DNA of 64,000 nucleotides from Pseudomonadota bacterium. Its GTDB lineage: Bacteria > Bdellovibrionota > Bdellovibrionia > Bdellovibrionales > JACTMU01. Made by a program: the position numbers and the translations under genes. Of this stretch, positions 56,369 to 64,000 are shown piece by piece; within the stretch, counting starts at the first letter, position 1; each line of letters starts with the position of its first letter. The notes under the pieces were generated by a model. The model had not been told where the DNA came from. It made no database searches and was given only the letters and a program-made list of their open reading frames with translations. The stretch is from NCBI GenBank assembly GCA_014584465.1, contig JACTMU010000012.1, forward strand, positions 95,333 to 159,332, in the 5' to 3' direction.

Positions 56369-58225
56369 TTACAGCCCTGTTGGCAATTCTACAATGAAGC
56401 TTGATCCCATTTTGACACCACTTTCAACACTTATGGTGCCTTGATGCAGCTCAACGAAATACTTAGCAAGATACAAGCCAAGCCCAGAGCCTTTGATCTT
56501 TGAAGTTTTTACATCCTTGCTTCGGTAGAACTTAAGAAAGATGTTATTGAGTTCATCACGCGGTATGCCGAGGCCGTCATCTTGGACCTCCACAACAACA
56601 AATCCATCTCGTTCATTGGTTGAGACGGTGATGTGGCTCTTTTCAGGGCTGTACTTGATCGCATTTTCAATCAAATTGGAAAAGACCTGTCCCATGAGCT
56701 CCACATCGATGCGGATACTAAAGAGCGGCTCAAAGTTGGTCGCAATGGAGATCTCTTTAGTAGATGCCAAATATTCGAATTTTTTAATGATTTCAGAAAG
56801 CAATGCATTGATATCTTTACTTGTAAGATGAAGTTTGATCTCTTTGCTTTCAACCCTTCCCAAATCCAAAATGGAGCTGATGAATCGGGTCAGCTCCTGC
56901 CCCGACTGGCGTATGGTCATGATTGCATCGCGTTGTCGATCGCTCAGAGTCTTTGGATCTCCGAGAATGATTTCTGTCATCCCCTGAATTCGAGCAAGTG
57001 GGGTCTTAAGGTCATGGGACATCATGCTGATGAAGTTGGTCTTTAGCTCTTCAACTTGAGTGAGAAGTTTGTTCTTTTGAAAATACTCCCAGCTGCGACG
57101 ATTCTCCATAATCAATCGATAGGGGATCAAGAGATAGTAGCAGAGGAAGCTTGCCAGCAGCGGATGGATCATCACCAAAATGACGCCAAACAGTGAAAAA
57201 AGAGCATAAGATAATAGACAAAATGTCACCACCACTAGGGTCAATGTGGCAAGGCCAATGGCGGGCTTGAGAGCCAAGACTGCATAGGTGATGACCAAGA
57301 CCACAAGTGAGGTCAAAACGAAGTTGACCCAATCCGGAGGACTTACCGGCGATGAATCAAGCAAAATCGTATCAAGCATATTGGCATGCATCTCAAGCAG
57401 GCTCATCCCAATGACCTCTCTTGAGTAGGGCGTTTGAATGTAGTCATCAGCATCCGTCTCAGAGTCGATGCCTAAAAAGACAAATCGATCGGTAAAGGTC
57501 CCTTGCGGAAAGTTCCCCTTGATCACATCGAGAAACGACGTTTGCGGATAGGACTTTGCGGGTCGATAATCTATTAAAAGTTGATCGGAATCATTAAAGT
57601 CAAAGACTCCTCTATACTTCTTGCTATCAGCTTCAGGATGGACCAACTGAGCCAATTGAAAGTGAAGGGTCTTTTCGCCGCCCCAATAGGTCAGAACAAC
57701 CCTTCTTGTCACCCCATCATTGGCCAATCGTCCACTGTCTCGAGTCCGTGGTCCCACCACCACACTGAGATGCTCAAGCGGTGGAGGCATAAGAAGCTCC
57801 TTCTCTTGCCCCTTGGCCACAGGATCTTGAGTCTGCACATAAAAGTGCTCAAACGACATCGCGACTCGAGCAAACTCCTCACGATCTTCCCGAACCCCCT
57901 CAAGACGCATCGGTGACACCAAATAGATCACCGCTTTAGGTCGATCCTTATGAATCTGATCCAAGAACTGAACATGATCTCGAAGACTCGGGGTGCGAGC
58001 GAGCTCCTTGATCGTTGGTCGATCAATGGCCACGGTTTGAATCTGCCCAGAGACCTCGTGAGCGGGCCGAGCCCTCACCCGCATATCATAAAGATAGCTT
58101 TCAAAATAGTAGAGCGGAAACTGATTCAAGATCGCGCCCGCCACAATCGCAAACCCAATTCTCAATCCATGAAAAAACCACTTATGTTTGATCACCTTAC
58201 GAATATTCAACGATGCCTCCATCAC
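56369..58225 (-). CDS. CHASE2-domain sensor histidine kinase
   Basis: 618 aa. It has a long extracytoplasmic N-domain, then 3 TM segments, then H-box 'MSHDLKTPLARI' and G-box 'GSGLGLYLAKYFVELHQG'. Confidence 0.8.
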   Translation of the reverse strand: MMEASLNIRKVIKHKWFFHGLRIGFAIVAGAILNQFPLYYFESYLYDMRVRARPAHEVSGQIQTVAIDRPTIKELARTPSLRDHVQFLDQIHKDRPKAVIYLVSPMRLEGVREDREEFARVAMSFEHFYVQTQDPVAKGQEKELLMPPPLEHLSVVVGPRTRDSGRLANDGVTRRVVLTYWGGEKTLHFQLAQLVHPEADSKKYRGVFDFNDSDQLLIDYRPAKSYPQTSFLDVIKGNFPQGTFTDRFVFLGIDSETDADDYIQTPYSREVIGMSLLEMHANMLDTILLDSSPVSPPDWVNFVLTSLVVLVITYAVLALKPAIGLATLTLVVVTFCLLSYALFSLFGVILVMIHPLLASFLCYYLLIPYRLIMENRRSWEYFQKNKLLTQVEELKTNFISMMSHDLKTPLARIQGMTEIILGDPKTLSDRQRDAIMTIRQSGQELTRFISSILDLGRVESKEIKLHLTSKDINALLSEIIKKFEYLASTKEISIATNFEPLFSIRIDVELMGQVFSNLIENAIKYSPEKSHITVSTNERDGFVVVEVQDDGLGIPRDELNNIFLKFYRSKDVKTSKIKGSGLGLYLAKYFVELHQGTISVESGVKMGSSFIVELPTGL

Positions 58226-58383
58226 ACCCCCGCCACCTTACCATAGAGAGTGTGATTTCAGCAATCAGAGAACGCCCTGTAAATTCTACATATTGAGCAT
58301 CGAGTTAACTGCGTATATAAGAGTTCGAATCATCTTTTCTTCGGAAGTCGAAACAGATGACCAAAACGTGTAGAGGGGTAAGT

Positions 58384-59241
58384 ATGAATCGGGATTTCAG
58401 TTTTGGATATTACTTCAACGTACTGGCTCAAATGGTATTCTTCCCAAACCTTAAGATTAAACCCAAGCAAAAGTGGGTCAAAGCAATTGAAGATATAGGG
58501 CAAGTTCATAGGCTTCGTGTTCAACGTGATGGCAAGGTCGTCTCCGCAGTCAAAATATCTCGCACGAGTGAGCCTCAAGGCGTTGTGGTATTGGGGCATC
58601 CCATTTCAAAGAAAGCTAAATTCTTCTTTGGTGAAAAATCGCGAATTTCTTTCTATCTCGAGCGTGGTTTTGACGTTGTTGCATTTGACTTCAATGGCTT
58701 TGGTGAATCAGATCGGATCGATCTTCGATATTGGAAAGATGCCCAGGCCGTAGTACAACACCTTCGACAAGAATACAATAATCATCGATTTGTCCTCCAT
58801 GGTGTAAGTTTTGGGTCGTTTCATGTGCTAAGAGCCTACAAAGATTTGCCGAAAAATTCGGTTGTAGTCTTAGAAAATATGAGTCGATCACTCTATGATT
58901 ATTGGAAACGATGGCTTCATACAAGATTGATCATTAGATTTCTCGAAAAACTACCAATTCAAGCATTCCAGGAGATGGAAGTGATTGAGCAGTTTAAAAC
59001 TTGGGATCGACCGGATATCACCATTATGGCCATTGCGAGCGAAAAGGACATTTATACGCCTGCAGATGAAATGAAGGACGCCATCTCCTACCTAAGACAA
59101 AGGAATCACTTTGTACTTCTACCTAATGCGACTCACTTGCAAGGTCCTTATGAACAGTCGGATCTCTATCGACTGTCACTGAATCGTGCGCTCAACCCAT
59201 CTCAAAACAAAATAATGTTTTATGAGTCCGCGCAACCATAG
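58384..59241 (+). CDS. alpha/beta hydrolase
   Basis: I chose ATG 58384 (AGAGGGG SD upstream). The nucleophile elbow is 'HGVSFGS', with candidate Asp ('SEKDIYTP') and His ('NATHLQG'). Confidence 0.75.
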   Translation: MNRDFSFGYYFNVLAQMVFFPNLKIKPKQKWVKAIEDIGQVHRLRVQRDGKVVSAVKISRTSEPQGVVVLGHPISKKAKFFFGEKSRISFYLERGFDVVAFDFNGFGESDRIDLRYWKDAQAVVQHLRQEYNNHRFVLHGVSFGSFHVLRAYKDLPKNSVVVLENMSRSLYDYWKRWLHTRLIIRFLEKLPIQAFQEMEVIEQFKTWDRPDITIMAIASEKDIYTPADEMKDAISYLRQRNHFVLLPNATHLQGPYEQSDLYRLSLNRALNPSQNKIMFYESAQP

Positions 59242-59293
59242 GTGGAAGTGATTATTGGTACAAGTTTAGGATAGACTTAAAAGGAATCTGAAT

Positions 59294-59401
59294 ATGCTGG
59301 ATGGTCGAGCCAAGAGACAGGAGCTTTGGATTAATAATGCAACCTTCAATAACGGAATTCCATTTGAGGTTGAGACTCATTTTGGTTTCCCAAGAAAATG
59401 A
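59294..59401 (+). CDS. unannotated 35-codon ORF: candidate precursor peptide
   Basis: Own translation: MLDGRAKRQELWINNATFNNGIPFEVETHFGFPRK*. AAGGA sits at 59281..59285 with an 8-nt spacer to the ATG. The TGA overlaps ATG 59398 (ATGA). Coding status is unproven. Confidence 0.3.
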   Translation: MLDGRAKRQELWINNATFNNGIPFEVETHFGFPRK

Positions 59402-59421
59402 TAAATTTGGAGGATATATTA

Positions 59422-59715
59422 ATGGGGGTAAATATGAAGTGGACTTCGATTCTATTGACCGTTCTTTCTCAAGCCGGCTTCTGTCAGTCCGACAGTATAA
59501 ACCAAAAGACATTTGATGCAGATACTGCCAAACAAGTTTTGGTAGCTCTTACCTCGGTGACACCACAGGAAGGAAAGCCCTATCCTTTATTATCTGAGCT
59601 TTTAGCTGGTCGCCTTACGATTGAGACACTTTCGGACAATGAAAAGATAGACCTTGAAGTTGAGATTAGACTGCTTGCAGCCAGCTTAGCCGAAAAACAA
59701 GGTTCAATTATCTAA
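59422..59715 (+). CDS. small protein with signal-peptide-like N-terminus (function unknown)
   Basis: There are three in-frame ATGs (59398, 59422, 59434). ATG 59422 has the best SD (GGAGGA at 59409..59414). The sequence reads MGVNMKWTSILLTVLSQAGFCQSD.... Confidence 0.55.
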   Translation: MGVNMKWTSILLTVLSQAGFCQSDSINQKTFDADTAKQVLVALTSVTPQEGKPYPLLSELLAGRLTIETLSDNEKIDLEVEIRLLAASLAEKQGSII

Positions 59716-59738
59716 ATCACAGTGAGAACCGAGACAAT

Positions 59739-61238
59739 ATGGGCGATGAATCTGAACTCTTTATAGTTTTATCGAATACATGTAATTTCAAATGTTCCCA
59801 TTGCGTCAGCATGTCTGCCCCAATCCCAGAAAATAAGTTTAGTATCTCTTTATCCGAGATAACAGATTTGGTTGAATGGATTAAGAATGAGGCTAGGATT
59901 AAGCGAATTCACTTTTCCGGTGGCGAGCCTACGTTACATCTTGATCTAATTCAGTTGATTCAAGTTCAATTGCCAAATCTGTCGTATGCCATGACCACAA
60001 ATGGTTGGTTCGGGAAGAATCCGGATAAGATCTTAGGAAAAATGAGGCTAGATCTCGTATTTTTTTCATATGATCAATTCCACAAGCCATTCATAGATAC
60101 GGAACCTCTTAGAAATGCAATGGGAGCGACTGTTAGAAAGGGAATCAGAACATTTCTAAAGTTTACTGTAAACTGTGCCGAAGATTTTGCCTTAATTCCG
60201 GAAATAATGGTCCCGGGGGTCAAAATTGTTTCTAACAGCACTGTTCTTGCCGGACGCGCGAGAAAGAAGAATATTGGGATAAGTCGGCCGTCTAAACCCG
60301 AAATGGTGGCACTTGAAGGTTGTCCTTCATTGCGAGAAGACCGAATCGATTCACTGGAGAGAATTGTCTTTCACCCAGGTAAAGGTTTGAGTCCTTGTTG
60401 TGGGCCATTAGTTGATCCATTACTTGGGGATCCTGATCTTTTGTTCACTAAAACTGGTGAAGACTACTTTCGAGGAAACAGAATGCGTAATTTTCTGATG
60501 AGAGGTAATTTTTTGGCGCAGGTTCCTAACCTAAACGTACCTGTTGAGCATTGCAAATCGCAATGTTCAGTATGTGAATATATTTATGGTAGATTCAAAA
60601 CGCCTGGATTGAGATCTGACATTATGAAAGCAATGGAGCCATCTTGTATACCACTAAACACCTATTTGGATTCAGATGATCAAGACCGATTGAAATCCAA
60701 ATTTAGACTTGCATATTTTTTAAGCTCAAGTGCCTCGTCGTTGGCAATCGCAAAGTCAGAGATCGTAGCTGTTGAGGCACACGGGATTAGAACTGAACTC
60801 ATAACTGAAGCAAATCAGTCGAGGGCCTTAGACCTTTTTATCAGAGCTTTCGAACGAAAGTGCCCAAACCGGGCGTCGGCCGAAGAATTGGCAGACATTC
60901 GCACTAAACTAGGAGGCTTCTTAGTAAATTCAGGCAGTTCACTCCTCTACTATTCCAATAACCAAGCTGTTGGTTTATTCGGAATTTGGAGAGGAATGTT
61001 TCACTATTTCTTTCAGAAGAAGGTGAATCATGTTGGCGTCTATGGCTACGATTCTAATTTAGTTAACAAAACTCAAGCTCAAGCAATGAAGCAACATTGG
61101 TATCAGGAAATGATAGGTTTAGTTGATAAAAATAACAAGCTTGATACAACTGTGAGAATTGATACATTTAACCTACCATCCTTAAAACTTGCTCACAAGT
61201 TTGGTTTTATGGTAACTGGATTAGAAATTTCACCATGA
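59739..61238 (+). CDS. radical SAM protein with Cys-rich auxiliary region fused to a GNAT-like C-terminal domain
   Basis: 499 aa. 'SNTCNFKCSHCV' is the CxxxCxxC motif, and 'FSGGEPTL' is the SAM-binding GGE motif. Later Cys motifs are 'EGCPS...GLSPCCGP' and 'CKSQCSVCEY'. The last ~170 aa end in 'NLPSLKLAHKFGFMVTG', which is GNAT-like and tentative. Confidence 0.7.
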   Translation: MGDESELFIVLSNTCNFKCSHCVSMSAPIPENKFSISLSEITDLVEWIKNEARIKRIHFSGGEPTLHLDLIQLIQVQLPNLSYAMTTNGWFGKNPDKILGKMRLDLVFFSYDQFHKPFIDTEPLRNAMGATVRKGIRTFLKFTVNCAEDFALIPEIMVPGVKIVSNSTVLAGRARKKNIGISRPSKPEMVALEGCPSLREDRIDSLERIVFHPGKGLSPCCGPLVDPLLGDPDLLFTKTGEDYFRGNRMRNFLMRGNFLAQVPNLNVPVEHCKSQCSVCEYIYGRFKTPGLRSDIMKAMEPSCIPLNTYLDSDDQDRLKSKFRLAYFLSSSASSLAIAKSEIVAVEAHGIRTELITEANQSRALDLFIRAFERKCPNRASAEELADIRTKLGGFLVNSGSSLLYYSNNQAVGLFGIWRGMFHYFFQKKVNHVGVYGYDSNLVNKTQAQAMKQHWYQEMIGLVDKNNKLDTTVRIDTFNLPSLKLAHKFGFMVTGLEISP

Positions 61239-62701
61239 AAAAAATGAATATAATCAATCAAAAATTGGCTATTGCTCTTGTCTTGAGTGTAAGTATCTGT
61301 GTTAAATGTACTAAGAAAGTCGAAAATAGGACATTTAGAGTTGGGCTTCGGGCAATTCCAGAACGTCTTGATCCGAGAAATAATGACGTAAACATCTTCC
61401 ACTACATTAATAGCAACCTGTATTATCCTTTGTTTGACAAAACCAGCTATGGCAAACTTCAGAGCGATTTCTTAGATATGGACACGACAGAAGCACGAGA
61501 CCAAATTTTTAGTACTTTTAGAATGTGTCTTAAGGAAGGAATTAGTTTTTCTGACGGGACTTCAATAAGAAGCTCACACCTAGAGAATTCGATTAGATTT
61601 GTTCACCAAAAGGACATGGAATTGCCGGTCTTGGAATCTTTGAGAGCAGAAGGGTTTTGTGTAGACGTCAAGTTACAACGAGGTGAGCCGAAATATTTTG
61701 ATAAGCTTTCAACGTTGGAATCTACTTTGCTTAAGGAGGAGCCATCATTTGAAAATCCAGCACCAATAGGTCTTGGTCCATTTCATATCATTGTTATGAA
61801 TAATGAAAAGATTATCTTGAAAAGATCTTCTGCTCAGTCGACTAAGCGAGGCATAGATGTTTTAGAATTCCTTAAAATTGCTACCCCAGAAGACGGTGAA
61901 CGTTTGCAAATTCATGACTGGAACAATCTCTGGCCACACCTTGGGGCAAACGCACCCTTGCCATCGTACATCATAAATGATTGGCGGCGATTTGAACAAA
62001 GTTTAGTGCGTAGCTTAATGATAGTGACTCACATCAAAAATGCGAATTTGAGTAAGAAACTCGCGTATTGTTTTGATCGCCTGACCTATAAAAAGCGACT
62101 TGGTATGGATCTTACGAATATTCCGGGCTTTTTACCAAAGGGGCTCACTGGTTCACGCGTTTCGTTTGAGGAAATAAAGGGCACTTGGGGATTCACTAAA
62201 GAGGACTGTCGAGCGGCTTCAAAAAATACGAAAATCGTGCCATTTATCTTGTTCTATCCAACACTTGAGGCTCATTTAAGACTATTTCTAGAAGACGTCC
62301 AAGATTCATTGCCCATACGGATAGGAGTATCTACAGTATCGGTCAACGAGGCGATAGCTAAACTGTATAGTGGAGAAGAGCTACTTATTGCCACCCTCGC
62401 TGATACGATCAAAGGGCGAGCAGCTGGGTTTTTCGTACCTTTTTTAGGCGATAAGAGGGTTATAATTCAAAATTTAATTGGACTTGATGCGCTATTGAGA
62501 AAGGGTGCCACATCTAATGACGTGGACGAGTCTGAAAAATATTTTGAAATTGTCCATAGAAAGCTTCTCGAAACAGGAGCAATAATACCTCTAGGACAAG
62601 TGCATTCGACATTCTACTATCCAAAATTTGTCAAAGCAATTCCAGCCGTTGATCTTGCAAATGGATTTCCGAGAATTGATCAAATTGAGGTGGCAGAGTG
62701 A
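61235..62701 (+). CDS. periplasmic solute-binding protein, family 5 (OppA/DppA/NikA-like)
   Basis: 488 aa with an N-terminal signal/lipobox-like 'LVLSVSICVKC'. 'FRVGLRAIPERLDPR' is typical of the family-5 SBP N-terminus. The ATG overlaps the rSAM TGA (ATGA). Confidence 0.65.
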   Translation: MKKMNIINQKLAIALVLSVSICVKCTKKVENRTFRVGLRAIPERLDPRNNDVNIFHYINSNLYYPLFDKTSYGKLQSDFLDMDTTEARDQIFSTFRMCLKEGISFSDGTSIRSSHLENSIRFVHQKDMELPVLESLRAEGFCVDVKLQRGEPKYFDKLSTLESTLLKEEPSFENPAPIGLGPFHIIVMNNEKIILKRSSAQSTKRGIDVLEFLKIATPEDGERLQIHDWNNLWPHLGANAPLPSYIINDWRRFEQSLVRSLMIVTHIKNANLSKKLAYCFDRLTYKKRLGMDLTNIPGFLPKGLTGSRVSFEEIKGTWGFTKEDCRAASKNTKIVPFILFYPTLEAHLRLFLEDVQDSLPIRIGVSTVSVNEAIAKLYSGEELLIATLADTIKGRAAGFFVPFLGDKRVIIQNLIGLDALLRKGATSNDVDESEKYFEIVHRKLLETGAIIPLGQVHSTFYYPKFVKAIPAVDLANGFPRIDQIEVAE

Positions 62702-64000
62702 ATCGGATATTCCTGTTTCTTTTTTTGGGAGGTGCTATCGCGACGCCGTCAGCCATGATAGCAGAGAACTTCGAGCAGGATCGCTTAGTCAAGCGATCTC
62801 TTGAAGTTTGGGAACAGGAACTCGCATCTTCTATCGTTTCAGAACAAATGTTTATGGTGGATCGAATTGTAAATAGCCTTAAAACGGAGGTCATCGAGCG
62901 AATCAGTATTACAAAAGATGATAAGAATTTTTTTTCGATACCGTCAATGGCTGAAATCGGAACTTGCAAATTTAGTTCAGGGAAGGATATCTATCGTTAT
63001 AATCGAAGGGTTGCCCGTCTAGAATATTGTAAGTCCGTAAGAAATCTTTTTGTTCTTGCCATCGAGTCGACCTTCTTTTGGTTCTTACTTTCAGGATTTA
63101 TTGCATTGAGTTTGGTTGTTCAGATCCTATCTCTTAGGGGATATCGTTCATCGTTGTTGAACGTACTTGATTATTTGAGAAATTGGGCGGAGTCAGATTT
63201 GTCAAGAAAGCAGCTTGAAACAGAACTTTTGGGACAGAAAGACGATCCTTTGGCCCAACAGTTGATAGGTTTAGTGAGCGAAGGCACTGCGGTACGACTG
63301 GAGTTATTGAAGGTGAAAGGTGACCTGGAAAAGAATGAACTTATGGCCATAGTTGCAAGTCAAGTGGCCCATGACATTCGTTCACCATTATCAGCTCTAG
63401 ATATGGTATTGAAAGATCTAGGCAACATGCCTGAAGATAAAAGAATCTTAGTTCGTACTGCCACACAGAGAATTAAAGACATAGCAAACAATTTAATTGA
63501 AAAGAATAGATCAAGAAAGTTGGGACTTTGTACAATCGATGGATCAAATTTGAACCAAGTACCCACTGTCCACTTGATTTCAAATGTACTTGACTCGATC
63601 GTGTCTGAAAAACGAACTCAGTTTAGAAATAGACCAAGTGTAGAGATTGACCTTTTAGTAGACGAACAGAGCTACGGTCTGTTTGCCATTGTGAATTTAT
63701 GTGAGCTAAAACGAATCATTTCAAACCTCATAAATAACTCGGTGGAGGCCTTAGGCGATAGTGGGTTTGTGCGAGTGCAAATCATTTCTCCAGATAGTAG
63801 ATGTTTGAAGATTCAGGTGAGAGATAACGGCAAAGGCGTGCCATCGCATATACTCGCGCAATTTGGTGAGCGCGGCGTGAGCCATAAGAAAGCCGATACT
63901 GAGTCAGGTAGTGGGCTTGGTATTCCTCACGCAAAGTCTACTATAGAAGGATGGGGTGGTAAATTTGAGGCTGAGAGTACAGTTGGCAAGGGGACAACGG
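62698..64000 (+). CDS. sensor histidine kinase, partial (3' end beyond the window)
   Basis: Own translation from GTG 62698, which overlaps the SBP TGA. It has two hydrophobic segments, H-box 'QVAHDIRSPLSAL', N-box 'NLINNSVEAL' and G-boxes 'DNGKGVP' and 'GSGLGIPHAK'. It is absent from the ORF track because it is open-ended. Confidence 0.8.
   Translation, partial: MNRIFLFLFLGGAIATPSAMIAENFEQDRLVKRSLEVWEQELASSIVSEQMFMVDRIVNSLKTEVIERISITKDDKNFFSIPSMAEIGTCKFSSGKDIYRYNRRVARLEYCKSVRNLFVLAIESTFFWFLLSGFIALSLVVQILSLRGYRSSLLNVLDYLRNWAESDLSRKQLETELLGQKDDPLAQQLIGLVSEGTAVRLELLKVKGDLEKNELMAIVASQVAHDIRSPLSALDMVLKDLGNMPEDKRILVRTATQRIKDIANNLIEKNRSRKLGLCTIDGSNLNQVPTVHLISNVLDSIVSEKRTQFRNRPSVEIDLLVDEQSYGLFAIVNLCELKRIISNLINNSVEALGDSGFVRVQIISPDSRCLKIQVRDNGKGVPSHILAQFGERGVSHKKADTESGSGLGIPHAKSTIEGWGGKFEAESTVGKGTT

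Noticed and set aside
59301-59516. A 71-aa ORF (MVEPRDRSFGLIMQPS...) overlapping the 35-codon ORF and the start of the 97-aa ORF.
   Set aside because: It has no SD, it overlaps two better-supported starts, and it would run through the signal-peptide coding region of the next gene in another frame. It cannot be fully excluded without expression data.

Overview
A 64-kb chromosomal window from a Gram-negative, flagellated bacterium that uses sigma54-type regulators. Gene content and protein style suggest a Bdellovibrionota/Oligoflexia-like 'delta-proteobacterium', but the taxon is inference only. Most of the window is core genome: motAB, mtgA, dus plus tRNA-CAU, a small menaquinone cluster (hotdog thioesterase, polyprenyl synthase, menA), rsmJ, gltA, exbBD, maf-yggS-proC-divIVA, topA, prc, metG-lpxD, infA-tex, ileS-lspA-lgt, and a CHASE2 kinase with an NtrC-type regulator. 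Seven things are not ordinary. (1) An AT-rich island runs from about 58.3 kb to the window end. It holds a tightly coupled cassette of small ORF(s), a radical-SAM/Cys-rich/GNAT-like fusion protein, an OppA-type binding protein and a histidine kinase. This looks like a produce-and-sense module, and it is my best candidate for an undescribed system. (2) A second AT-rich cassette of a binding protein and a hybrid kinase (29.1-32.1 kb) is bracketed by copies of a MITE-like palindromic element, one of which cuts off the kinase's receiver domain. (3) That MITE-like family has four copies, all at gene 3' ends. Two copies supply the neighbour's stop codon, and one divergent copy keeps the core and the arm pairing. 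(4) A second repeat family forms an ~80-bp inverted pair around dus plus the tRNA. (5) A six-gene operon with overlapping junctions carries an orphan TadC-like protein, DUF192, three membrane proteins with four FHA domains in total, and a degenerate PP2C-like protein. (6) A decayed TolC/RND efflux locus lies next to a BrnT/BrnA toxin-antitoxin pair. (7) One gene encodes a signal-peptide-bearing protein with a SelO-like atypical kinase fold. No CRISPR array, rRNA, transposase or integrase gene was seen. All calls come from reading the sequence and recognising motifs. No database search was run.
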